DNA of 31,640 nucleotides from Candidatus Sumerlaeales bacterium (GCA_038243585.1 JBBSQY010000040.1:1-31640), one strand, 5' to 3'. Positions 7,840 to 17,823 are shown, counted from the first letter of the stretch. Notes: generated by a model from the letters alone, not told the origin. A program made the numbers and translations.

Positions 7840-9290
7840 AGGCCCTGGCGGATTAAGTGAGGTTGCACCAGCATCAGCAAACCCGCATAAGCAATTGCCG
7901 GTGCAGATGAGGCGATCAGCGCCGTCCAGGGATCACCAGTAAGCCCGGAAACCAAACTAAGCAGGCCGGCGAATACCAGCCACAGCGGCGTCATCCGGAG
8001 CCAGGTCCAGTGAAACGGCCATTGCCCGGCTCCCAACAGATGCGCCAGCATCATGCCCCAATACAGCCAAAGCACGGCTGACGAAACCGCATAAGCCATC
8101 ACGGCTTCCATTACTCCGAAACGCAGCCCCACCACCACTGCCGCCACTCGGATCGCGGTAGCCACAAGGTTCCAATAGAAGCCGTAGTCAGGTCGATCCA
8201 GCAGAATATCGAGGGAGGAAACGGGGGAAAAGAGCGCGGCAAACACGCAGTAGAGGGAGAGCAGCCGCGCCACCGGTGCCGTAGAAGCGACCCAGCTCTG
8301 GCCCAGAAATATTTCGACCAGCGGCTCCGCCATGACCGCCACCCATATCAATACCGGCACAATAAAGGCCGCAGACATTCGCAACATCTCCAGCACCGGC
8401 GCATGCAGCTGCTGTCGAGATCGCCCCGCCAGCGCCGAAAATGTAACCCGGTGCAGCGCCCCGATTAACACGTAGATCGGAACCGTAACCATGAGACTGG
8501 CCATCGAAAACGCGGCGGCGGCCGCTTTTGAAAGGGCAGCCCCGAAAATGATTACCGGGGCGTTTCCGCCGAGGGCGTTTAGGACCTGGTTGCCAGAGTG
8601 GAACAGGCTGAAACGCTTCCACTCCCACCCGCTCCGGCGAAAGGCCCGGAGCGATTCCCACGCTGGCGGAATGGATATTTTAGATCCCCGCCGCAACCAG
8701 TAAAGTTCCGCCACTTCGGCGCAGCCATATGAAATATAAAGACTCCATGCAGAAGGCCAGACGAGGGCAAGAATGATTCCGCCCACACCCGCGACGAAGG
8801 CATAAAGAGTTTCTCCCATGCTGATTTTGCGATAATCCAACTGCGCCGCAAGATCGGTTTTGTATATCAGCTTTCGCGCCTGAATTGCTGTCACGGCGGG
8901 AAACAGCCACAACATTCCACTCCACGGACCAAAGTCCAGCCATCGCACAATCAAGAAATGGCCCGCCACCGAGATAACCGCGATTAACGCGGAAATCAGG
9001 CTGAGCGCGCCCCCCAGCAATAAAAGGAAACTCGGACGGGAGCGCACCTCGCGCACATAAAGCTGATCAAAGCCAAGGGGCAGGAGAACAAACGCAACCA
9101 GGTGTACGGACAAAAGCTGACGGTAGGCGCCAAACTCCGTCTCGGTGAGCAGTCGCGCGACCACGGCCACCGATCCAAAAGTAATCAGGCGCTGCGCGAT
9201 ATTTCCCAGCAGCGACCATCTCATTGCCCGGATGGCGTGGGCGGTAGACGGCGGGGAAGGGGCTTGCGAAGAAGGACTATCAGGGCTCAA
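7818..9290 (-). CDS. Wzx/PST-family polysaccharide (oligosaccharide) flippase
   Basis: About 12-14 hydrophobic segments; N-terminal AMRWS...VVARLLTETEFG pattern; AEPLVEIFLGQSW motif of MOP-superfamily flippases. Confidence 0.85.
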   Translation of the reverse strand: MSPDSPSSQAPSPPSTAHAIRAMRWSLLGNIAQRLITFGSVAVVARLLTETEFGAYRQLLSVHLVAFVLLPLGFDQLYVREVRSRPSFLLLLGGALSLISALIAVISVAGHFLIVRWLDFGPWSGMLWLFPAVTAIQARKLIYKTDLAAQLDYRKISMGETLYAFVAGVGGIILALVWPSAWSLYISYGCAEVAELYWLRRGSKISIPPAWESLRAFRRSGWEWKRFSLFHSGNQVLNALGGNAPVIIFGAALSKAAAAAFSMASLMVTVPIYVLIGALHRVTFSALAGRSRQQLHAPVLEMLRMSAAFIVPVLIWVAVMAEPLVEIFLGQSWVASTAPVARLLSLYCVFAALFSPVSSLDILLDRPDYGFYWNLVATAIRVAAVVVGLRFGVMEAVMAYAVSSAVLWLYWGMMLAHLLGAGQWPFHWTWLRMTPLWLVFAGLLSLVSGLTGDPWTALIASSAPAIAYAGLLMLVQPHLIRQGLRLVRRN

Positions 9291-9299
9291 GTCAGAGCC

Positions 9300-10214
9300 T
9301 TACGCCGTTACGAAACTCAGGTCCCGCACGTGCTGATAAGCTTCGTCAATGCTCACGCCCGGCGTCAACTTGCTTAGCGCCCATTCTTCTTCGTGGGAGA
9401 CGGTTTCGCCAGCCTTGAGAGGAGCCAGGGGACCAAGGGTTTCCAGTTCCAAAAAATTGGCATCTGTAAAAACTTCCCAGTTGCAGCCAAAATCTGGATA
9501 TTCCGCGTCGGGTTTTAATACCGCTTTCTTAACAAAGGCGTTGCTCCCGAGGATGTAGCATCCCCATCCGACGGAGTTGCGTACTCCGAATTTTAACTGG
9601 TCGTTGCGGGATGGGTCTTGCGCGAGAGCCACGTAGCGGGCGGCCCATTTAAAACGAGGGTCTGACATATCCGTATATTGCCACAGCACCAGCGGCCGCG
9701 CCGGCAGCAGCGCTTTCGGGAACGGCACAAAAGGCTCTTGAGGGATGATCGCTGTTCCGCCAGGAGCAAGGACTGTCAAGGCCCAGGGGGCCGCTGTGAT
9801 CTCCCACTGCCCGTGATTAACGAGCTGGTGAGAAACGGAGACGCTGGGGTCAGTCTCGTGAAGTCGAATTTCCACAATTTTCTGAAGCCCGGTAAGCTCC
9901 TCCACAGCTGGAATAAGCCGAAGAACCTTGCCGTCCCACTCGTGGGCTATGGTTGAGTTATCCGGCACGTAGGTCCGCGGCTTGACTTCCGGTCCATGCC
10001 AAAAGCGGTGCCCACCATAAAGTTTAAAATGTTTGCCGCCCGTGACACCTTTGGTTTCGGAGTCAATATAGAACAGCTTATCATTCTGGTTCTTCCAGCC
10101 AAAATGAAGGATGCGGGGCCCGACTTCAGTTGTCACAACCAGTTCCACAACGTCGTTGGAGAGCTCCAGACACTGCGACCAGCCGGCAAATCTTACTTCT
10201 TTTATCTTTATCAT
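9300..10214 (-). CDS. Conserved hypothetical protein, galactose-mutarotase-like fold (DUF4380-like)
   Basis: LSNDVVELVVTTEVGPRI, YGGHRFWHGPE, YPDFGCNWEVF and FLELETLGPL..LKAGETVSHEEEW fit the aldose-epimerase-like beta-sandwich family. Probably cotranscribed with the flippase (9-nt gap). Confidence 0.7.
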   Translation of the reverse strand: MIKIKEVRFAGWSQCLELSNDVVELVVTTEVGPRILHFGWKNQNDKLFYIDSETKGVTGGKHFKLYGGHRFWHGPEVKPRTYVPDNSTIAHEWDGKVLRLIPAVEELTGLQKIVEIRLHETDPSVSVSHQLVNHGQWEITAAPWALTVLAPGGTAIIPQEPFVPFPKALLPARPLVLWQYTDMSDPRFKWAARYVALAQDPSRNDQLKFGVRNSVGWGCYILGSNAFVKKAVLKPDAEYPDFGCNWEVFTDANFLELETLGPLAPLKAGETVSHEEEWALSKLTPGVSIDEAYQHVRDLSFVTA

Positions 10215-10243
10215 AGATCGATATGTCTCACACTGATTTTATA

Positions 10244-10271
10244 AAGTTACAGAGTTATTTTGCTGTAACTT
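10244..10271. promoter_or_regulatory. 9-bp perfect inverted repeat in the divergent intergenic region (candidate operator)
   Basis: AAGTTACAG-N10-CTGTAACTT. Confidence 0.45.
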
Positions 10272-10467
10272 AAGTAAAAACAGAAAATTTTTATTTTTAC
10301 CATTTGAAAACAACGATGGAGGGGGCATTGCGTGGGGATAAAAATATATGCAGTTGAACCCCTTTGTAAAGCGCAACCGCCCTTGACACTACCGACACGG
10401 GCACTGCAGTTCTTATCAATCTTCATACTTTGTTCAGGGTTTGGTTGAAAAGGTGGTTACCATTTAG

Positions 10468-13400
10468 TTGTTGGATAACGAATACATCATAGGCATCGAT
10501 CTCGGGACCACAAATTCTGTTGTGGCAATTCTTGAGGGAGAAAGCCCGAAGGTTATCAGCAACAGCGAGGGCAGCACCCGGACCCCGTCCGTGGTCTCGT
10601 TTCTTGCGGGCGGAGAAATTACGGTTGGAGACGTAGCGCGGCGGCAGGGCGCGGTTAATCCTTCACGAACCGTATACAGCATAAAGCGTCTGATGGGTCG
10701 CACTCCCCAGGATATCGAAGCCTCGGGCATCTACGCCCCCTATACCTTAAAATCAACGGCAGACTCTCAGTTGGTTGTCAGTATTGATGATGCGTTGTAT
10801 ACCCCGGCACAAATTTCTTCTTTTATATTAATGAAGCTGAAGCAGGCGGCCGAAGACCATCTGGGCCAAACCGTGACCAAGGCCATTGTAACGGTGCCGG
10901 CTTATTTTGATGATCTTCAGCGCCAGGCCACCCGCGAAGCCGGACGGCTGGCCGGTCTGGAGATACTGCGCCTGGTAAACGAACCGACCGCCGCTGCGAT
11001 GGCCTATGGCCTTGGCAAGGAAACCAAGGAACGTATCGCCATTTACGACTTTGGCGGCGGCACTTTCGACATGACGATTCTCGAAATTTCGGACGGAACT
11101 TTTGAAGTATTGACGAGCCAGGGAGACACCAGCCTTGGCGGCGACGATATTGATTCCTTACTCGTTCAATTCCTGTTGGATCGTTTCAAGGAGAACACCG
11201 GCGTTAACTTTGAGCCCGACGACATGGCCCGGAGGCGACTAACGGAGGCGGCGGAAAAGGCGAAGTGTGAACTTTCGTTGTCGCCCCAGGCGCTGGTTCA
11301 TTTGCCGTTTCTTGCCCAGGAGAACGGTTCGCCCCTGCATCTGGATACTACGGTGCGCCGGGAGGACTTTGAAGACCTTATCGAGCACCTTGTGGAACGC
11401 AGTCTGGAATGCTGTCGCGCCGCGCTAGCCGATTGCGATTTAAAGGCTACCGAAATTGACAAAGTCATTCTGGTGGGCGGCACCACTCGCATTCCTCTTC
11501 TGCAGGACATGGTGGAGGAACTCTTTGGCGTTGTGCCTTTCAAGGGGATTAATCCCGACGAGATTGTTGCCCTGGGGGCGGCCACCCAGGCGGGGGTTTT
11601 GGCCGGGAAACTCAAAGAAGTCATCCTGCTGGATGTAACCCCGCATACGCTGGGAGTTGAAGTTTCAGAAAACCGGATGACAAAGGTTATCGAAAAAAAC
11701 ACCACCATCCCTGCAAAAGTGGGCCGGCTGTTTACCACCACGGAAGACGGCCAGGAAATGGTGACAATCCACGTATTGCAGGGCGAATCTGAAAAGGCTT
11801 CAGAGAATCGATCCCTTGGCAAGTTTACCCTGACATCCATTGCACCGGCGAAAGCAGGCACTGCGCGGGTGCAGGTTGCGTTTCAGATTAACGCGGACGG
11901 CATGGTAGAGGTTGTGGCAGAGGATATGGCCACGCGGAAACAACAGAGCCTGACCTTGTCTCTCGGTGGCGAGGGTGACACGGTTCAGGCAGCCCGTGAG
12001 CGCGCGACCGGTGCGGTAAGCGCAAGGCGCAAGCGCCGGCGCACACGGACGGGCGAGAGGGTGTCTTCTCCTGAGCAGGGCACCCCAATAGGCGTGCAGG
12101 CGGCTTCGCAGCCGCAGCGCGATCAAACCGGTGCGAGAACGTTACGGAACAGTGATAGTTCGGTAGCCTCGGTTGTCGCGCCTATTGCCAACGTGCCGCA
12201 GTCAATCGCCGCTTCAATGTCACCCGATGTGGCTCCGGCCTCCAATCAGATGCCCGGCCCGGCGACTCCTCCAGCATCACAGGATGGAACTCAACCGGCA
12301 TTGGACAGCTCTGCTGGCGCAAACTCTTCAGAGCCAGGCAATGCCACGGGCTTGTCGCCGCAGGCTATAAAAGCTTTATCGTTAATTGGAGATAAGGCAG
12401 CTTCGGCCACCTCCTATGAAGTTTATCTAAAATCCTATTCGGAACTGCAGGAGTATGTGCGCCGGAATCCTGCTGATTATACGGTGGCTGAAGGCGCGAC
12501 CCGAATCCTGATGACGCTGGGTGAATGCGACGGCGCGAGGGCTTTGCTAAAGATCATGACGGAAGCTCCTGCCGTGGATTCTGAACGCATTTCCCAGCTG
12601 AAAAAAGAATTCCACGCTCGTTTTCCCAACGACGTCAACTCGACGCAGCCCATTACCTCGCCCGCCGGAACAAAGGAAGGCGTCGACACCGCCATTCGCA
12701 GTATGGAAAAGCGGGTTACAAATGATTCCGGCAGCGTCGACGAGATTGATAATCTGATTCAGCTATACCGCCGCAGGCTTGCCCATGCAGATGATCCTGC
12801 GACTCAGTACAAACTGGTGCAACTTCTCGTGCGCCTCGAGCGGGTAGACGAGGCCATTAACATTCTTCAGCGCCTTGTTCAGCATGAATCCTATCGCGGA
12901 CACTCGCTCAAGATCCTTGGTTTGTGCTTCTGGCAAAAGGGACTGCATTACCTGGCATGGCAAAAATTTCAGCAGCTTCCCCCGTCGGATGAAATCAAGG
13001 ATATCCTGTACAGGCTGGCTGCGGACATGGAAGATACCGACCAGCTACTAAACGCGAAGGTCGTATTTCAGCATCTGGTCAATGCAGATCCGGAATTCCG
13101 GGACGGTGCAGATCGACTGAAAAAGATTGAGGGCATCATCCGGATGGAAGCAGGCAACCGGGAAGCCAGTCTGACCCCGTCGATATTCCTGACTTTGAAA
13201 GATTCCCGGTTTGTCGTTCTTGAAGAGGTTAACCGGGGCAGCATGGGCATCGTTTACCGCGCAAGGGATAAGGTGCTTGAAGAAATAGTTGCCCTGAAAA
13301 TCCTGAACGATTATATGACGACTGACCCATCTGCAGTGGAACGATTTAAACGGGAAGCCCGCGCGGCCAAACGCCTTTCTCACCCCCACATCGTGCGCAT

Positions 13401-13989
13401 CCATGATATGTTTGAGTATGGAAATAAGAAGATACTTTCGATGGAGTTTATCGAAGGCGTAGATCTGAAAACCGTGCTCGCGGAACGTAAAACCCTTCCT
13501 CTCTATGAAATCGCCGGCATCGCGCGGCCGGTGTGCGACGCGCTGCAGTATGCCCATCAGCAGTCTATCGTCCATCGCGACATTAAGCCCGCCAACATCA
13601 TGATAACCAATTCGAACCAGGTCAAGGTTACGGATTTCGGCATTGCCAAGGTACTGCTTGCGGGGCGCGATTCCACCCGGTCCGGATCGCAGATTATCGG
13701 GACTCCTCTATATATGTCGCCAGAGCAGATTATGGGCGACGATGTGGACGCCCGGACGGATATCTACAGTTTCGGCGCAACCATGTACGAACTGGCCACA
13801 GGCAAGCCGCCCTTCCTGGACGGCAACATTGAATATCATCACCTTCACACGTTGCCCCCGCCCATGACGGAAACAGTGCCGCTGGCGCTCCAGCAGATCA
13901 TTTTCAAGTGCCTGGAAAAGAAACCGGAAGACCGATATCCAGCGATCAGCCAGGTGGCGGACGCGCTGGTGAAGCTAAGCCAGGGGTAG
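10468..13989 (+). CDS. Hsp70/DnaK-like ATPase and substrate-binding domain fused to a TPR-like helical region and a Hanks-type Ser/Thr kinase
   Basis: Hsp70 part (to ~11960): GIDLGTTNS, TVPAYF, NEPTAAA, DFGGGTFD, VGGTTRIP, VILLDVTP linker, NTTIP and QGE. Then a P/A/S/Q-rich linker, TPR-like helices (~12700-13140), and a kinase from ~13210 with NRGSMG, VALK, HRDIKPAN, DFG, GTPLYMSPE and DIYSFG. Single open frame. Confidence 0.93.
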   Translation: MLDNEYIIGIDLGTTNSVVAILEGESPKVISNSEGSTRTPSVVSFLAGGEITVGDVARRQGAVNPSRTVYSIKRLMGRTPQDIEASGIYAPYTLKSTADSQLVVSIDDALYTPAQISSFILMKLKQAAEDHLGQTVTKAIVTVPAYFDDLQRQATREAGRLAGLEILRLVNEPTAAAMAYGLGKETKERIAIYDFGGGTFDMTILEISDGTFEVLTSQGDTSLGGDDIDSLLVQFLLDRFKENTGVNFEPDDMARRRLTEAAEKAKCELSLSPQALVHLPFLAQENGSPLHLDTTVRREDFEDLIEHLVERSLECCRAALADCDLKATEIDKVILVGGTTRIPLLQDMVEELFGVVPFKGINPDEIVALGAATQAGVLAGKLKEVILLDVTPHTLGVEVSENRMTKVIEKNTTIPAKVGRLFTTTEDGQEMVTIHVLQGESEKASENRSLGKFTLTSIAPAKAGTARVQVAFQINADGMVEVVAEDMATRKQQSLTLSLGGEGDTVQAARERATGAVSARRKRRRTRTGERVSSPEQGTPIGVQAASQPQRDQTGARTLRNSDSSVASVVAPIANVPQSIAASMSPDVAPASNQMPGPATPPASQDGTQPALDSSAGANSSEPGNATGLSPQAIKALSLIGDKAASATSYEVYLKSYSELQEYVRRNPADYTVAEGATRILMTLGECDGARALLKIMTEAPAVDSERISQLKKEFHARFPNDVNSTQPITSPAGTKEGVDTAIRSMEKRVTNDSGSVDEIDNLIQLYRRRLAHADDPATQYKLVQLLVRLERVDEAINILQRLVQHESYRGHSLKILGLCFWQKGLHYLAWQKFQQLPPSDEIKDILYRLAADMEDTDQLLNAKVVFQHLVNADPEFRDGADRLKKIEGIIRMEAGNREASLTPSIFLTLKDSRFVVLEEVNRGSMGIVYRARDKVLEEIVALKILNDYMTTDPSAVERFKREARAAKRLSHPHIVRIHDMFEYGNKKILSMEFIEGVDLKTVLAERKTLPLYEIAGIARPVCDALQYAHQQSIVHRDIKPANIMITNSNQVKVTDFGIAKVLLAGRDSTRSGSQIIGTPLYMSPEQIMGDDVDARTDIYSFGATMYELATGKPPFLDGNIEYHHLHTLPPPMTETVPLALQQIIFKCLEKKPEDRYPAISQVADALVKLSQG

Positions 13990-14150
13990 GCAGTGGGCGA
14001 CAGCGCAAAGCAAAGCAAAGACCTGGTGGGAAACAGGATTTTTCGCAACCGAGAAGATGCCACGTAAGTGGCGAGTTTGTCTGAACTGATATAGCTTTTG
14101 AGTTGTAGGTTTTTTGAAATGAACTTTACACCAACGGCAAAGGACAGGCC

Positions 14151-14651
14151 TTGTCTTCTAACCAACCCTCTCAACTTCGCGGCCTCCTGGAAGAATCCGG
14201 CATGGGCTGGTTGTTTAATAGCGACGATGCCGATGAGCGTGCCTGCGCACTTGCATCGGATTTCCAGTTGGCTGAGTTAACGTACAATAGCCTGTACAGC
14301 AACCAAAAGGACTTTTACCCCCTGGTCTCAAGCGAGACGGGTCAGCTTAAATACAAGGCGTTTCTTCAAAGCTTTGCTTTGCCCCTATCGACAGAAGCCC
14401 GAGTAATTATTTTTCGCATACTGGACGGCGCGGTGATCCGCAATATGGATTTTAGTTATACCAAAGGCTCGACATCCAGACTTCAGATACGGTTCAGCGA
14501 TGATGAGTTTTATATATTGGCCGACGGTGCCTGGGACGTATTGCTAATTAAACAGTTAAGTTTTTTTGAATCTCAGAACCTGCTCGAAGTCGGAAGCATA
14601 AGCCCCTGGGAAAATTTGGCTACTCCGAATTTCAATGAGGATGTAAAGTGA
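14151..14651 (+). CDS. Hypothetical protein, first gene of a coupled three-gene module
   Basis: 166-aa ORF in AT-richer DNA; its stop overlaps the next start (GTGA at 14648-14651). Confidence 0.6.
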   Translation: MSSNQPSQLRGLLEESGMGWLFNSDDADERACALASDFQLAELTYNSLYSNQKDFYPLVSSETGQLKYKAFLQSFALPLSTEARVIIFRILDGAVIRNMDFSYTKGSTSRLQIRFSDDEFYILADGAWDVLLIKQLSFFESQNLLEVGSISPWENLATPNFNEDVK

Positions 14652-15109
14652 CAACCGCGACCAACGAAGCGTCAGATTATGCTGCTATGGCAGGCTCGCC
14701 TTTTAGAACGTCACGGCGCACGGTAGATACAGTCCGATTTCGATCGATGCAAACCGTGCGTGAGCTACAAGCATTAACGCAGGAATGCGGTAGCCCCAAC
14801 TGGGATGGGTATGGAGCCTCACCTGTAATCCCAGAGACTCTTGATTTGGCCCGCCGTCTGGCTTTTGCTCTACCTTTTGACATTCCATTGCCCTCCGTTG
14901 GCGCGGAGGCCGACGGACACCTGACGTTTGAATGGTACGAGGGGCCACGAAACGTCCTGTCTTTAAGTGTTAGTCCTGAAGGATTGCTCTGTTACGCCGC
15001 TCACATCGGGCAAAGCAAACGGTCAGGCACAGAGCCTTTTAATGGTCGGCTTCCAGAAGATGTGGTGCAGATTGTCCGCCGTCTCACCGGGAAGCGAGTG
15101 TTGACATAG
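14648..15109 (+). CDS. Conserved hypothetical protein with NWDGYGA..P motif (candidate antitoxin/partner)
   Basis: GAGG RBS; NWDGYGASP...P.VGAEADGHLTFEW...LSLSV..EG...YAA pattern that I recall from small proteins in sporadically distributed operons. Confidence 0.75.
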   Translation: MTTATNEASDYAAMAGSPFRTSRRTVDTVRFRSMQTVRELQALTQECGSPNWDGYGASPVIPETLDLARRLAFALPFDIPLPSVGAEADGHLTFEWYEGPRNVLSLSVSPEGLLCYAAHIGQSKRSGTEPFNGRLPEDVVQIVRRLTGKRVLT

Positions 15110-15504
15110 AATCCGCGACTGTCGAGGATGACGAGCAACTGGCGCGATATATATTTAAGAAGGAACACCTCCGCGCCGACGGCACCATAAAACCCGATCC
15201 GTTCATTCCATACAAATATGTAGAACTCTCAGTAACCCGGCATGAGAGGCTTAACGAACACGAAATCTGGTTAGCCGGACAATTGGTTGCAAGTCAGGTA
15301 AAGCGACCGTTAGTCGGACGTGCCGACGTTGCAGCAGCGGCTTTTGCACGCGTAGGATTAAAAACTGTTGCAGCGCCCCTGCCTGAAAACTCGAATCATG
15401 CAAACGTTATTGGCTGGCCATCGGATAAGCAGGCTCAAAAGGAAATTGCCTTGGATATTGCTGAAAGTTCAATATTTAAACGTGCTCCGCTGGCCATAGC
15501 ATAA
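15106..15504 (+). CDS. ~132-aa protein with R/S/H motif arrangement (ART/RES-like fold candidate); longer than the ORF-track call 15283..15504
   Basis: The frame is open upstream of 15283 and reads IESATVEDDEQLARYIFKKEHLRADGTIKPDPFIPYKYVELSVTRHERLNEHEIWLAGQLVASQVKRPLVGRADV...PLPENSNHANVIGWPSDKQAQKEIALDIA. The only start-like codon at the gene junction is ATA 15106, overlapping the upstream TAG. Confidence 0.7.
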   Translation: MESATVEDDEQLARYIFKKEHLRADGTIKPDPFIPYKYVELSVTRHERLNEHEIWLAGQLVASQVKRPLVGRADVAAAAFARVGLKTVAAPLPENSNHANVIGWPSDKQAQKEIALDIAESSIFKRAPLAIA

Positions 15505-15629
15505 ACGCAACGCGAGGTCGCCCCCCCCGGCAGTGCAGTCCGATTTCTTCTTAACGGTCCTCATCCCCACCTTTTAAAAACAACCCGCCGCCCATGGAAC
15601 AAACGTTCCGCTGCGCAATATCTCACCCG

Positions 15630-17807
15630 ATGGACACCCGTACAGAAACCCCCTTTAATCTGCAATGCGAGCACGAGCCGGCAGGCGACCAGCCTAAGGC
15701 TATTGAGAGCCTCGTGAGCGGGCTTGATCGTAATATAAAACATCAGGTGCTGCTGGGGGTTACGGGATCCGGCAAGACCTTTACGATGGCTCAGGTGATC
15801 AATCGCACCGGTCGGCCGGCCCTTGTCCTCGCCCATAACAAGACTCTCGCCGCCCAGCTTTACCGCGAATTTAAGGAGCTGTTTCCCGACAACGCCGTCG
15901 AGTATTTCGTATCCTATTACGATTACTATCAGCCGGAAGCCTACATCCCCAGCACCGATACGTATATCGAAAAAGACTCCGCCATTAATGACGAGCTGGA
16001 CAAGATGCGCCTGGCCGCAACGAAGCATCTGCTGGAGCGTCGCGACGTGATCGTGGTCAGCAGCGTGTCGTGTATCTACGGCATTGGTTCGCCGACGGAT
16101 TACGGGCACATGCGCGTGTTTATTGAAGAGGGGCACAAGGAACCGCGCAACGATTTCCTGAAACGGCTGGTGGCAATCCAGTATCGCCGCAACGATTTTG
16201 ATTTCCATCGCGGCACGTTTCGTGTGCGGGGCGACGTGGTGGACATCTTCCCGGCTTACGAAGAACGCTCCGCGTTTCGGCTGGAGTTTTTCGGAAACGA
16301 GATCGAATCCATTTATGAAATAGACCCGCTTACCGGCGACAAAAAAACGCGTCTGCGCCGTGCGGTCGTCTATCCCGGCAGCCATTATGTCACGGAGCGT
16401 CCGAAGCTGGAGCGCGCCATTCGCACCATCGAAGTGGAACTGGAAGACCGCCTGCATGAGTTGCATTCGCAGGGGCGGGTGTTGGAAGCAACGCGCCTGG
16501 ATCAGCGGGTGCGCTATGATCTGGAAATGATCCAGGAGATGGGCACGTGCAGCGGTATCGAAAATTACAGCCGCCATCTGTCCGGACGCAATCCCGGCGA
16601 GCCGCCGTTTACGCTGCTGGATTATTTCCCGGATGATTTCCTGCTGTTCGTGGACGAAAGTCACGTAAGCCTGCCGCAGGTGCGGGCCATGTATGAGGGC
16701 GATCGCAGCCGCAAAGGTATGCTGGTGGAGCACGGCTTTCGCCTGCCCAGCGCCCTGGACAACCGACCTCTTAAGGGCGAAGAGTTCGACGAGCGCATCG
16801 GCCAGACGATCTATGTGAGCGCGACGCCGGGTGAGACGGAACTGGAGCGCAGCATGGGCTTGGTGGCGGAACAGATTATCCGCCCGACCGGACTGATCGA
16901 TCCGGAAATTACGATCAAGCCGGCAAAGGGTCAGGTGGAGGATGTCGTCGGCGAAATCCGTCCGCGCATCGAGGCCGGCGAGCGGACGCTGATTACCTGC
17001 CTGACGAAGCGGTCGGCGGAGGATCTTGCGGAATATATCACTGAGCTTGGCATCAAAGCGAAGTATCTTCACTCGGATATCGACACCATCGAACGGACGG
17101 AAATTATCCGGGATTTGCGCATGGGTAAGTTTGACGTCCTGATCGGGATTAACCTGCTACGCGAAGGGCTTGATCTGCCGGAGGTGTCGCTGGTGGCGAT
17201 TCTCGACGCGGACAAGGAGGGTTTCCTGCGCGGACAGACGGCCCTGATTCAGACATCCGGTCGCGCCGCCCGAAACATCAACGGCCACGTGATCATGTAT
17301 GCTGACCGCATAACGGACGCCATTGAAAAGACTCTCGCGGAAACGGCTCGGCGCCGCGAGCGACAACTGGCCTACAATGATGAACATGGCATCACGCCTC
17401 GCTCTATCAGAAAAAACATCACCAACATTCTGGATACGATCTACGAAGCGGATTACGGCGATCTCCCAATGGCCGCGGAAGGCGTGTCAACCTATGTAGA
17501 TATCTCCGCCCTGCCGAAGCTTATCGAGGAACTGCGCAAGGAGATGCGCGATGCGTCCAAAAAACTGGAATTTGAACTCGCCGCTAACCTGCGGGATCGA
17601 ATGATCGTGCTGGAGAAAACATTCCTCAGCGGCGGTGCCGCACTGCCGGCAGCGCAGGTGCATGCAGCAGTCACCGGACTATCCGGCGCGGCAGCAGCAA
17701 AGGCAGCGGAGAAACTCGCAAAAGACGGCGCGCCCGAACCCCAACCCTACAAACGAGGCAGCACAAGGGCCCGCGCGAAGCTGTTCCGCGCAAAGCGGAA
17801 AGCATAG
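15630..17807 (+). CDS. uvrB: Excinuclease ABC subunit B
   Basis: [61 protein letters not shown] and a C-terminal UVR domain. Start is ATG 15630 or 15594. Confidence 0.98.
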   Translation: MDTRTETPFNLQCEHEPAGDQPKAIESLVSGLDRNIKHQVLLGVTGSGKTFTMAQVINRTGRPALVLAHNKTLAAQLYREFKELFPDNAVEYFVSYYDYYQPEAYIPSTDTYIEKDSAINDELDKMRLAATKHLLERRDVIVVSSVSCIYGIGSPTDYGHMRVFIEEGHKEPRNDFLKRLVAIQYRRNDFDFHRGTFRVRGDVVDIFPAYEERSAFRLEFFGNEIESIYEIDPLTGDKKTRLRRAVVYPGSHYVTERPKLERAIRTIEVELEDRLHELHSQGRVLEATRLDQRVRYDLEMIQEMGTCSGIENYSRHLSGRNPGEPPFTLLDYFPDDFLLFVDESHVSLPQVRAMYEGDRSRKGMLVEHGFRLPSALDNRPLKGEEFDERIGQTIYVSATPGETELERSMGLVAEQIIRPTGLIDPEITIKPAKGQVEDVVGEIRPRIEAGERTLITCLTKRSAEDLAEYITELGIKAKYLHSDIDTIERTEIIRDLRMGKFDVLIGINLLREGLDLPEVSLVAILDADKEGFLRGQTALIQTSGRAARNINGHVIMYADRITDAIEKTLAETARRRERQLAYNDEHGITPRSIRKNITNILDTIYEADYGDLPMAAEGVSTYVDISALPKLIEELRKEMRDASKKLEFELAANLRDRMIVLEKTFLSGGAALPAAQVHAAVTGLSGAAAAKAAEKLAKDGAPEPQPYKRGSTRARAKLFRAKRKA

Positions 17808-17823
17808 AGCGATTAAACTAGCC

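Noticed and set aside
10215..10467. Heat-shock elements and a dnaK gene symbol for the fusion
   Set aside because: No CIRCE or convincing sigma32 site, TTGACA at 10383 has no good -10, and the protein lacks the lid and cochaperone neighbours.
14004..14020. GCAAA x3 microrepeat
   Set aside because: Too short to distinguish from chance slippage.
15561..17072. 503-aa minus-strand ORF
   Set aside because: Antisense shadow of uvrB; no motifs. The same applies to the ORFs opposite pyrG, the Hsp70-kinase and the methyltransferase.
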